Source: Malacoraja senta (taxonomy: Eukaryota). Taken from it: 61,362 bases of DNA. Location: NCBI GenBank assembly GCA_038087875.1, contig JAXLNO010000123.1, positions 1 through 61,362 of the forward strand, in the 5' to 3' direction. Below the pieces are notes generated by a model. That model was not told the DNA's origin, ran no database searches, and saw only the letters and a program-made list of their open reading frames with translations. The position numbers were made by a program, and so were the translations under genes. Positions 1-10,250 of the stretch are shown here, in pieces; position 1 is the first letter of the stretch; every line of letters begins with the position of its first letter.

Positions 1-197
1 GACTGTGCTGAGTCCAGTAGAGATCCCTGATCCACACAGCCCGCTGTTCTGGTGTTCACGCTGCCATCGCCCTGTCACCCTGCAGGCATCCGGAGATGCA
101 GTGCATGGATAGGGAACGTTATCGACACACTGAGAGGGTCTGCTGTGTTTGTGGGAGTTAGAGGGAAGGTTACTCCTGTCAGTGCTCCAGTTAATAT

Positions 198-476
198 CAC
201 AGTGGCGCAGCAGGTAGAGCTGCTGCCTCACAGCGCCAGAGACCCGGGTTTGATAAAGGCTTCAGGCGCTGTCTGTCTGTGTGGAGTTTGCACGTTCTAC
301 CTGTGACCATGTGGGTTTCTTCCGGGTGCTCCGGTTTCCTCTCACATACCAAATACATGAGTGTTTGTAGGTTAATTGGGTCTCTGTAAAATTGCCCCTA
401 ACGTGTCGGAAGTGGACGAGGAAGTAGCAGAACTAGTGATCGAAGGGCCAGTTTCCATGCTGTATCTGTAAACTAA
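198..476 (+). mobile_element. V-SINE/HE1-like tRNA-derived SINE
   Basis: tRNA-like head (cacagtggcgcagcaggtagagctgctgcctcacagcgccagagacccgggtt), V-domain (gtggagtttgcacgttc...gggtgctccggtttcctc) and CR1-like tail (gtttccatgctgtatctgtaaactaa). Confidence 0.8.
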
Positions 477-499
477 TTACTGATATTACCTGTGGACAC

Positions 500-1035
500 C
501 CTCACCTCCAATCTGAGGAAAGACATTCTTGCCATAAAGGGAGTACAGAGAAGGTTCACCAGATTGATTCCTGGGATGTCAGGACTTCCATATGAAGAAA
601 GACTGGATAGACTCGGCTTGTACTCGCTAGAATTTAGAAGATTGAGGGGGGATCTTATAGAAACTTACAAAATTCTTAAGAGGTTGGACAGGCTAGATGC
701 AGGAAGATTGTTCCCGATGTTGGGGAAGTCCAGGACAAGGGGTCACAGTTTAAGGATAAAGGGGAAATCTTTTAGGACCGAGATGAGAAAAACATTTTTC
801 ACACAGAGTGGTGAATCTCTGGAATTTTCTGCCACAGAAGGTAGTTGAGGCCAGTTCATTGGCTATATTTAAGAGGGAGTTAGATGTGGCCCTTGTGGCT
901 AAAGGGATCAGGGGGTATGGAGAGAAGGCAGGTACAGGATACTGAGTTGGATGATCAGCCATGATCATATTGAATGGCGGTGCAGGCTCGAAGGGCCGAA
1001 TGGCCTACTCCTGCACCTATTTTCTATGTTTCTAT
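500..1035 (+). mobile_element. 5'-truncated CR1 LINE 3' end
   Basis: CR1 ORF2 C-terminus (SNLRKDILAI..RRLRGDLIETYKIL) with a frameshift, 3' UTR and (TTTCTATG)n tail; flanked by gacac at 495-499 and 1036-1040. Confidence 0.93.
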
Positions 1036-1312
1036 GACACGTGCTCTGCCCACATAATGGGAAAAGCAGTGACATACTCTTCATTGGTCTGAAACAGAAA
1101 AGGCTTTGTTAAATGATACACCTTTAGCCGAGATAGCGGCAACAGTCCGTGTGCAGACAGCGTCCCCTAGTGCCTGGCCACGGAAACATTCCCTGCTGTA
1201 ACCCATTCGTACCCACATCCATCTCCCTTCCCACTCCTACAGGCCCACCTGCTCTCTCTGCCTTTATTTACCTTTTCCATTTCACTCATACACTTATTAA
1301 CCCGGGTTTATT

Positions 1313-1400
1313 CTCAAAAGGACACAAGGTGCCGGAGTAACTCAGCGGCTCAGGCAGCATCTCTGGAGAACATGGATAGGTGACGTTTCGGGTGGAAACC
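1313..1400 (-). mobile_element. Short Penelope-derived terminal fragment
   Basis: gagtaactcagcgg.tcaggcagcatct motif, also present at the 3' end of the Penelope copy at 58654-58745. Confidence 0.7.
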
Positions 1401-1410
1401 TATCAATTTT

Positions 1411-1556
1411 CTCCAGACCACGGCAGTGCGTTCCATGCACCCACCACCTACAATGTAATAGCACTTGCCCCACACATTTCCTTTAAATTTTCTCCCTCTC
1501 ACCTTCAAGCTGTGCCCTCTGATTTTTGTTATTTCCATCCGAGGGAAAAAGATTGT
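1411..1556 (-). mobile_element. Old CR1 3' fragment
   Basis: Minus ORF RGHSLKVRGRKFKGNV resembles the CR1 ORF2 C-terminus. Confidence 0.65.
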
Positions 1557-1636
1557 CTGGGCCAATTGCAGGAAAATGGGTCTAGCTTAGAAGAGGCATC
1601 TTGCTCAGTGGAGACGTCAATACAATGACAAATCAG

Positions 1637-1830
1637 ATAGTGCTGATGCCCCACAGCTCTGGTGGCCTGGGTTCAATCCTGACTATGGTTCTGCCCGTGT
1701 GGAGTTTGCACGTTCATCCTGTGAGTGCAGCCTGTGACCCCTGGGGCCTCTGGTTTGTTCCACATGCTGGCTGATACAATAATTTGGCCAGTGTGAATTG
1801 CTCCAGGTGTAGATGGGTGGCAGGAGGAAC
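1637..1830 (+). mobile_element. Degenerate V-SINE
   Basis: gggttcaatcctgac B-box followed by the gtggagtttgcacgttc V-domain. Confidence 0.6.
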
Positions 1831-1892
1831 AGATGGAAGTTGAAGGGCATTTGAAAGAGAAACGGTTACGAGGAAATAAGAGGGGGGGGGGT

Positions 1893-2085
1893 ATTTAATA
1901 GGAACCTGAGGGACAACTTTATCACACAGAGGGTGGTTGGAGTATGGAACGGGCTTCCAAGGAGGTAGTCGAGGCAGGTATAACAACATTTAAAATACAT
2001 TTGGAGAGGCACATGGACAGATGGGTTCGTGGAGACGGGGCATCTTGGTTGGCGTGAGGTGTTTCTGTGCTGTATGAGTCTATAA
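1893..2085 (+). mobile_element. Old CR1 3' fragment
   Basis: cacacagagggtggttggagtatggaac (TQRVV..WN motif) and a degenerate tail. Confidence 0.65.
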
Positions 2086-2329
2086 TAGGATCTATGCAGT
2101 TGAACTAAGCTAGTCGAAACTCGATGGGTTGAATGGCCTCAGGGAATATGAAACTGGGCTGGGAGAGGATCAAAAGGAGTCCAACAAAATGTCAGCCAGT
2201 GAGTAGGAGGTGACTCCCTCCCTACATGTGGCATTCCAGTAACTAAAGGGTCAAACTCCAGGACAGAGTCTTTATGGGAGGGGACTGTGTTTCGTGAAGG
2301 CTAAAAGAAATAATCACTTTAAAATATTT

Positions 2330-2536
2330 GGAAACCTGAACGGAAACCTCTGGAGACTTTGCGCCCCACCCAAGGTTTCTGTGCGGTTCCCGGAGGTTGC
2401 AGGTGGTTGCTAGAGGTTGCAGGTAGTGGAAGCAGGTAGAGAGACTGACAAAAACCTCCGGGAACCGCACGGAAACCGTGGGTGGGGCACAAAGTCTCCA
2501 GAGGTTTCCGTTCAAGTTTCCTAAGTGGGACAGGGG
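2330..2536. mobile_element. Harbinger/PIF-type MITE (left TIR missing)
   Basis: Near-perfect inverted arms 2330-2398 / 2453-2521; right end aagtgggacagggg matches the TIRs at 26008-26023 and 35393-35408. Confidence 0.7.
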
Positions 2537-3192
2537 CAGGTTCCGGTTATCAGAATCAGAATAGTACTTTATTTGCCAAGTATGTTTTACAACATATGAG
2601 GAATTTCGTTTGCCAAGTCAGTCATACAAATAAAAAGCAACAGATCACCCAAAACACATTTTGACAGGAAGATCCACCACAGTGACTCCTCCACATTCCT
2701 CACTGTGATGGAAGGCGAAATAAAGCTCAAGTCCCTTCCCTTTGTTACACACCATGGGAAGCAAGAGGGGGGACGGGGAGAGGGGAATTCAAGGGTTTGG
2801 GTAGAGAGTGAGGTCAGGAAGGCAGGGAAGCGTGTGGAGATTGAGGGGATGAAGGATAAGAGAATGGTGGGTAACAGGGGGAAGAGAGGGTGGAGAGTTA
2901 CTGGGTGAGTGTGGGAAGGGGTAATTTAAAGGTAAAATTATGGGAATAATAAGACTGGTCACGGCCTCTGGATGTGTCCCTGTTCCCCGATCAATGAAGC
3001 TCCTGACCTGGGAACAGGGATTATCGGCTCTAGTCCCTGGAGCTCTGCAATTAAAGTGGGGGAACTCACTGAGATTCCGTTACACGGACCTACCGGCACT
3101 ACTCCGAGGTCCAAGTGTGGAGACCAGCCCGGTCACGCCCAGATCAGCTACAAGGAGCTGGTTCGCACCTTGTCAGATGGGCAGTGACCTTT

Positions 3193-3670
3193 TCAAAAGG
3201 CACAAAGTGCTGGAGTAATCAGGCAGCATCACTGGATACCATGGATTGGTGACGTTTTGGATAATTTTATTTCACCTTCGAAACATCACTTATCCATGTG
3301 TTCTAGAGATGCTGCGTGACCCGCTGAGTTACTCCAGCACTCTGTGTCTTTTTTTGTGAACCAACATATTCAGTTCCTTTTGTCCGCATCTCACACTATT
3401 TGGATGCCACTGACCACAGGTCCCATTACTGCCTGAGTCAGACAGCATCTCTGGAGAACATGGATAAGTGACGTTTCAGGTTAGGAGCCTTATTCTGACT
3501 GATTGTAATCAGTCTGAAGAAGGGTTTAGACCCGAAACGTCACCTATCCATGTTCTCCACAGATGCTGCCTGACCCGCTGAGTTACTCCAGCACACTGTG
3601 AAACGTCACCTATCCATGTTCTCCACAGATGCTCCCTGACCCGCTGAGTTCCTCCAGCACACTGCCCTTT
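3193..3670. mobile_element. Cluster of short Penelope-derived ends in tandem and inverted orientation
   Basis: About five copies of gaaacgtcacctatccatgttctcc.gagatgctgcctgacccgctgagttactccagc on both strands. Confidence 0.8.
3514..3541 (+). ncRNA. Minimal hammerhead ribozyme core
   Basis: CTGAAGA-A-GGGT(ttag)ACCC-GAAA-CGTC; stem I is weak. Confidence 0.55.
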
Positions 3671-3758
3671 TGGCATTTGCTTTGGCTTCATGCCACTGTG
3701 GTGAATCCTGATATGAGGAGCATCGGGGTTCAATATGAACCTCTACTTGGTGCAAAGT

Positions 3759-3824
3759 TCAGCTGCCATTCACCACTGCTCTCTGTTCATCCTTCAGCTT
3801 GTTTTTTACACTGATGATCAGTTC
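3759..3824 (-). other. Candidate exon or pseudo-exon, unidentified (ELIISVKNKLKDEQRAVVNGS*)
   Basis: Strong minus-strand acceptor (ctttacttttttgtttcag) in non-repetitive DNA with an open phase-0 frame. Confidence 0.3.
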
Positions 3825-3979
3825 CTGAAACAAAAAAGTAAAGACAGCTGGGTCAGAACCATTCAAGCCCAACGTCACAGATCAACTGTTGTCCTGAAAT
3901 CTTGCCCATCAGATATCTCGCTCATGCTGGGGGGGGGGGGGGGGGGAGGGGGGGGGACACGACGACTACGACTACGACG

Positions 3980-4180
3980 ACAATTTTCTCATTTGTCCTT
4001 ATCTTGTGTCTTTTCATCTCTGGCCTTTGACCTTCAAAAAACCCTCATCTGTATCCAACTATTACCTGCCAGGCTTTTTCCTGCCCCTTCTTTCCTCCAC
4101 TCCCCCCCGACGACAATCAGTCTGAAGAAGGGTCCCAACTCAAAATGTCACCTATCCATGTTCTCCAAGAATGCTGCTTC
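3980..4180 (+). mobile_element. Degenerate Penelope 3' end
   Basis: Pyrimidine-rich tract followed by cagtctgaagaagggtccc...atgtcacctatccatgttctcc. Confidence 0.6.
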
Positions 4181-4265
4181 CTTACCTTTCTCTTCTCTTT
4201 GACTATTTTCTCCTTTAATTTCTATTCTCGTATTCCTTTCCCTCTCATTCCTTCTTTGTTCTATT

Positions 4266-4269
<4 letters not shown>

Positions 4270-4297
<28 letters not shown>
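4270..4297. repeat. (CT)n microsatellite
   Basis: Direct reading. Confidence 0.9.
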
Positions 4298-4301
<4 letters not shown>

Positions 4302-5387
4302 TTTTTTCCCTCTTCTCAACTCCAGCATCTACGAGGTCCCACACCTCTGCAGCCAATTGTTATTCTGATGAAGACAACAGCGATTGATCTTCCAGTTGTG
4401 ATTCCCGCCCTCAATGACAACCAGGTCATCTGCACTTGCTGGTCATGCGGGCTGGTCTGGGATCTCTTCCTGTGACAAGTCTTGCATCAGATAGAACAGG
4501 TTGGGCTCTCCTTCCTCCAGCTTTCTGCGAGAGTCAAATCCACAGGATCAGACAGGGTAGGAGGGGATCAGAGTCACACCAGCCCCCTCAGATTTATAAC
4601 AGTGCCCCCTCGGTACACAATTTGCAACTCTAATCCTTCTGTCTCCCACCTTCTGTTTTAATCTCGGGCCTTTGTTGCAATTATCTGCCTGTGATGTCAA
4701 TAATTCGAAAAGCTAAAGGTGACTATTAATCCAATCTAGATAATAGTACACTATGGGCTATAGTACACTAAACAACAGAACCTAGACCATCATCCTTGAC
4801 CTCGAGGGATAACCACCACCACCACACTACGGGCCGCCTCTTGCACTTCCATCAAATTGTCTTTGCACTTGTGGCTTGTTTTTGTAACTTTTTCTTCTGT
4901 CATGTACAATATATATTTTGTGTGTTTGAGTCTATATGCCCGCAATGTTGCTGCAAGCAAGATTTTCATTGTATCTGTACCTCACCATACTTGTGCATAT
5001 AACAATAAACTCGAATTGGCTGTCTTGTCTCTGAGATAAACAGTGGGTGATGCAGAGTTAACTGTCTGATTAACTATTAATTAATCAGAATGTATCAAAG
5101 TATCTGATAAAATTCCCAAGTAAATGATGGTTGAAAAACAAAAAAATGGGATTTATATGCCATATAGGGTAACAGATTCCCTGGAATTTTAACCCAATCC
5201 ACTGGTTGAGGAAGGAGGCAGTTTATATTTAGTACAGCAGACCTGACGGCACTACTTTTGGGAGCAGCGTTACTTTCCCCAGTGATCTCCTGCTCATTAA
5301 AAGTGGGATTTGATCACTGTCACATGGCTTTTAGTAAGATGCACCTGTGTGTCATTTGGCTGCACGGCAGCAGCAGCCGCTGGCCTT

Positions 5388-5593
5388 AGATACATAGACA
5401 ATAGGTGCAGGAGTAGGCCATTCATGGCTGATCATCCACAATCAGTACGCCGTTCCTGCCTTATCCCCATACCCTTGATTCCGCTAGCCTAGCCCTAATA
5501 TTTCTATCTAACTCATTTTTGAATGCCTCCACTGCCTTCTGAGGCAGAGAATTCCACAAATTCACAACTGTGTGAAAAAGCTTTTCCTCATCT
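5388..5593 (-). mobile_element. Degenerate CR1 3' end
   Basis: CR1 3' UTR with internal deletions. Confidence 0.75.
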
Positions 5594-7225
5594 CATAGAT
5601 ACATAGAAAATAGGTGCGGGAGTAGGCCATTCGGCCCTTCGAGCCTGCACCGCCATTCAATATGATCATGGCTGATCATCCAACTCAGTATCGCGTACCT
5701 GCCTTCTCTCCATACCCCCTGATCCCCTTAGCCACAAGGGCCACATCTAACTCCCTCTTAAATATAGCCAATGAACTGGCCTCAACTACCCTCTGTGGCA
5801 GAGAGTTCCAGAGATTCACCACTCTCTGTGTGAAAAAGTTTTTCCTCATCTCGGTCTTAAAGGATTTCCCCCTTATCCTTAAGGTGTGACCCCTTGTCCT
5901 GGACTTCCCCAACATCGGGAACAATCTTCCTGCATGTAGCCTGTCCAACCCCATAAGAATTTTGTACGTTTCTATAAGATCCCCTCTCAATCTCCTAAAT
6001 TCTAGCGAGTATAAGCCAAGTCTATCCAGTCTTCATATGAAAGTCCTGACATCCCAGGAATCAGTCTGGTGAACCTTCTCTGCACTCCCTCTATGGCTAT
6101 AATGTCCTTCCTCAGATTTGGAGACCAAAACTGTACGCAATACTCCAGGTGTGGTCTCACCAAGACCCTGTACAACTGCAGTAGAACCTCCCTGCTCCTA
6201 TACTCAAATCCTTTTGCTATGAAAGCTAACATACCATTCGCTTTCTTCACTGCCTGCTGCACCTGCATGCCTACTTTCAATGACTGGTGTACCATGACAC
6301 CCAGGTCTCGCTGCATCTCCCCATTTCCTAATCGGCCACCATTTAGATAATAGTCTGCTTTCCTGTTTTTGCCACCAAAGTGGATAACCTCACATTTATC
6401 CACATTAAACTGCATCTGCCAAACATTTGCCCACTCACCCAGCCTATCCAAGTCACCTTGCAGTCTCCTAGCATCCTCCTCACAGCTAACACTGCCCCCC
6501 AGCTTAGTGTCATCCGCAAACTTGGAGATGTTGCCTTCAATTCCCTCATCCAGATCATTAATATAAATTGTAAATAGCTGGGGTCCCAGCACTGAGCCTT
6601 GCGGTACCCCACTAGTCACTGCCTGCCATTGTGAAAAGGACCCGTTTACTCCTACTCTTTGCTTCCTGTTTGCCAGCCAGTTCTCTATCCACATCAATAC
6701 TGAACCCCCAATACCGTGTGCTTTAAGTTTGTATACTAATCTCTTATGTGGGACCTTGTCGAAAGCCTTCTGAACGTCCAGATACAACACATCCACTGGT
6801 TCTCCCCTATCCACTCTACTAGGTACATCCTCGAAAAACTCTATAAGATTCGTCAGACATGATTTACCTTTCGTAAATCCATGCTGACTTTGTCCAATGA
6901 TTTCACCACTTTCCAAATGTGCTGCTATCCCATCTTTAATAACTGACTCTAGCAGTTTCCCCACTACCGATGTTAGACTAACTGGTCTGTAATTCCCCGT
7001 TTTCTCTCTCCCTCCCTTCTTAAAAAGTGGGGTTACGTTTGCTACCCTCCAATCCTCAGGAACTACTCTAGAATCTAAGGAGTTTTGAAAAATTATCACT
7101 AATGCATCCACTATTTCTGGAGCTACTTCCTTAAGTACTCTGGGATGCAGCCTATCTGGCCCTGGTGATTTATCGGCCTTTAATCCATTCAATCTACCCA
7201 ACACCACTTCCCGACTAACCTGGAT
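5594..7225 (-). mobile_element. Young 5'-truncated CR1 (RT domain to 3' end)
   Basis: [24 protein letters not shown] motifs; one frameshift near 6030; very similar to 10251-11895; (TATCTATG) tail. Confidence 0.95.
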
Positions 7226-7576
7226 CTCAGTTCTAAGTGGCCAACCCCTTATTCTTAAACTGGCCACTGGTTCTGGACTCCCCCAACATCGGGAACATGT
7301 TTCCCTCATCTGGAGTGTCCAATCCATTAATAATTTTATATGTTTCCAGAAGATCCCCTCTCATCCTTCTAAATTCCAGTGAATACAAGCCCAGTTGCTC
7401 TATTCTTTCATCATATGACAGATCCGCCATTCTGGGAATTATCCTCATGTACCTACGGTTCACTCCCTCAATAGCAAGAATGTCCTTCCTCAAATTGGGA
7501 GACCAAAACTGCACACAATACTACAGGTGTGGTCTCACCAGGGCCCTGTATAACTGTAGAAGGACTTCTTTGCTCC
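7226..7576 (-). mobile_element. Older CR1 fragment
   Basis: QFWSPNLRKDILAIEGV..RRMRGDLLETYKII; ends at the BEL LTR. Confidence 0.85.
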
Positions 7577-8044
7577 TGTAGCGGCAGATTTTTATATCGT
7601 TCAAGAGATTACTCCCTATAGCCGCTAAATGGACTACATGGTTAAGGGGAATGTCTTTATATGCATGCGAGCTCACCGTCAGAGACCTTCAGAGCTTCTT
7701 CACAGATAAGTCTTCAGAAACACAGTCTTTTGATGCATAAATTCTTTATTGTTGATGAAAAACAAGATACATCCAAACTTCCGCTCATTACTATAATCTT
7801 CATCGAACTCAAGCTTATCGCTTTAAACATCAGAAAACTCCTCGTGTCTCCGTTACACTTCGCATGGTCAAAGGGTAAACCTTCACCATGCTGGTCCGAA
7901 ACTAAACTAAAAAACTAAGCTTCTGCGCAAGAAACACGGCCAAAAATACGTCATAAATCCCACCCACAATATAACGGGCAGTCTAAAATTTAAAGACATA
8001 TGCCATAATTAATGACACACAAAACAAGCCAAATGGCCACTACA
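7577..8044 (-). mobile_element. 3' LTR of a BEL/Pao LTR retrotransposon
   Basis: TG...CA ends with 9-bp terminal inverted repeat (tgtagcggc / gccactaca, 1 mismatch); PPT-like TTAGGGGACGGTA directly upstream on the minus strand. Confidence 0.8.
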
Positions 8045-8149
8045 TACCGTCCCCTAATTGTTCATGGGGCAATTATTAATAAACATCAAAAAAGTAGCCA
8101 TGAAGGCTTAACATATATCAAAAGCAAAAGATCAGGGAATTGAACCCCG

Positions 8150-8224
8150 TGGCTCGTCGTCAGGGAATTGAATCCCGGTCTCCCGCGTGACAGGCGGGGA
8201 TACAAACCAGTATACTAACGAGGA
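8150..8224 (-). tRNA. tRNA-Asp(GTC)-derived copy with encoded CCA, probably a pseudogene
   Basis: TCCTCGTTAGTATAcTGGTttGTATCCCCGCCTGTCACGCGGGAGACCGGGaTTCaATTCCCtGACGacGAG+CCA; anticodon at 8189-8191; mismatches in the acceptor and T stems. Confidence 0.85.
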
Positions 8225-8617
8225 AAAAAATAGCATGCACTATATATCCAAATTCTTCATTGACTCTTCCATCTTCACTTCGCCTTCTAGAAGCAAGCAT
8301 AACTTGATTATTAATCTTATTAAAACACTGGTTTTAGTTTAAATTTGTACCGTGCGCACCAAACCCTTAAAATCAGGCGTGATACCCAGTATATAGTCCA
8401 AAACATAATAGTCCAGAGCTTTGATAGCATGAAACGTCTTCCTCCATGTCCGATCAATTCATGAATGTGTTGTAACAACAATGTTGAAGTGTGAAAATCC
8501 TTCGCAAGAATAACAGGATTTTAGCATAAGCAATAAAGTTCACCGTTAGGTTTGATTTAATTTCCGGATCATTAACAGAGATTTCAAATCCCAGCTCAAG
8601 CTTTGTTCATTCTCTGT

Positions 8618-8675
8618 TTAAGAAGGAACTGCAGATGCTGGGAAATCGAAGGTACACAGAAACATTTTTCTGTAC
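8618..8675 (-). mobile_element. Mini Penelope-end insertion
   Basis: aagaaggaactgcagatgctgg motif flanked by a 17-bp direct repeat (8601-8617 and 8676-8692). Confidence 0.75.
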
Positions 8676-9239
8676 CTTTGTTCATTCTCTGTCTGGCTTG
8701 CAGTGAGATTTTAGTTCATTGATCCATCTCTTATCGCTTAAGAAACGGTTCACTGTCAGTTCTCTGGAAACTTCATCCGCAGGATTTTCTTCTGTGTCAA
8801 CATATTTCAGTTGTATAACATTAGTAACTCCCAATGCTCTTTCCATTGGCAGATTTTCTTTATCCAAATCCAACTCTGGTTTCTTTGGCTCTATCATCTA
8901 GTGGAATGCTTTCACAATTGGCGCAATTTGTGTCTATCTGCAATAAAATGTTGATCAGTGATAATTGTTAATAATTGAAGCACAATGTTGGACAAGGAGC
9001 TGGAACAGATGCGGGGATAATGTAGAATATTGGGCTGAAGGGATCTGAGGAGCATAGTTAATGTGAACCCAGTGACGGAACAATAAGTCTGCTGTGGATT
9101 GGAGTAAGGATGTATAAAATTTCCCAAAGCACTGATGCTATCTCTACCTCCAATGTTTGGAGACCCTGGGAAAGGGTGCAGACAAGATTTATGATGACAT
9201 TGCCAAGAATAGTTGTTGCTGCCAAGTCAAACCAGTACT

Positions 9240-9400
9240 TTGTCCACAGATCAGATGGGCCTGCAATGCAGCGGATCACCACAGGGTGGGAATGTTGACC
9301 ACAAACTGTTGTTCCACTTGTGATAGAGGGTGTGATCAAGGATGTCAGGAGATTTCAATCGTTAAAGTGATCTATTTTTTTGTTATAACCAAGTCTACCT
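9240..9400 (-). repeat. Inverted homolog of 28975-29052 plus one 55-bp minisatellite unit
   Basis: cttgtgatagagggtgtg.tcaaggatgtcaggagatttcaatc is the reverse complement of ~29008-29051; 9255-9308 matches the 29789 unit. Confidence 0.7.
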
Positions 9401-10250
9401 AATCTATTTGTATTTGATAAGGTCCCACATAGGAGATTAGTGGGCAAAATCAGGGCACATGGTTTTGGGGGTAGAGTGCTGACATGGATAGAGAAGTGGT
9501 TGGCAGACAGGAAACAAAGAGTAGGGATTAACGGGTCACTTTCAGAATGGCAGGCAGTGACTAGTGGGGTACCGCAAGCAGGGCCGAATTTAGATGAAGG
9601 GAGGCCCTAAGCTGTTCCACTTGTGAGCCCCCCACCCCCACGACTAGAGGAAGATGGTCCACCAGATTGACACCGATTTGCAGCCGAGCGTGGCCAATGA
9701 GATAAGGGGCTGGAAAGCTGCACTTTATTTATTTATTTATTTATTGCCACTGCTAGTGTTGAGTTATTGGCTTAAAACACTATTATTCTGAAATGGAGGC
9801 CAAGGAAAATTACTGAAGGGTTGTTTAGAGACTACAGTGCGTTGTGACAGCATATGTAAGAAAGGCCTATGACAGTGTCAAAATATTATACACCTTGCAA
9901 GTTGCCAAATGACAGTTTAGGTGGTCATTTAAGACGGCTTGCATGACGCGTGCGATAATGTGCTTGGACGAAGTGCGTAGTTACCAGTCGGAATTATGCT
10001 CAATGAAGCATTCACATTTTATTTCTGCTTCATATAAAGTCACAAACTAAACATATTCACCAATCAAGACATGATATATACCACAATGACGCAGCAAAAT
10101 TATAATACAGTATCTCAACTCTTTTTACACGTTGCAATGAATGCAATTTCTATTATTTCTTTCCACTTCCAAATAAAAATGTGGTTGGATTATTCAGCGA
10201 ATGATCAACCTCGGTGAGACCAAGCGCAGGCTTGGCGATCGCTTAGCACA

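Larger units (their letters stand above)
8045..8920 (-). mobile_element. Internally deleted BEL/Pao internal region
   Basis: Minus-strand LDLDKENLPMERALGV and YVDTEENPADEVSR (Pao RNase H region), and PDFKGLVRTVQI*TKTSVLIRLIIKLCLLLE (BEL integrase C-terminus). Confidence 0.85.

Noticed and set aside
2940..3218. Short + strand ORFs in unique DNA
   Set aside because: No recognisable homology or convincing splice structure.
3928..3957. Poly-G run encoding poly-Gly
   Set aside because: Low-complexity tract of uncertain length with no coding support.
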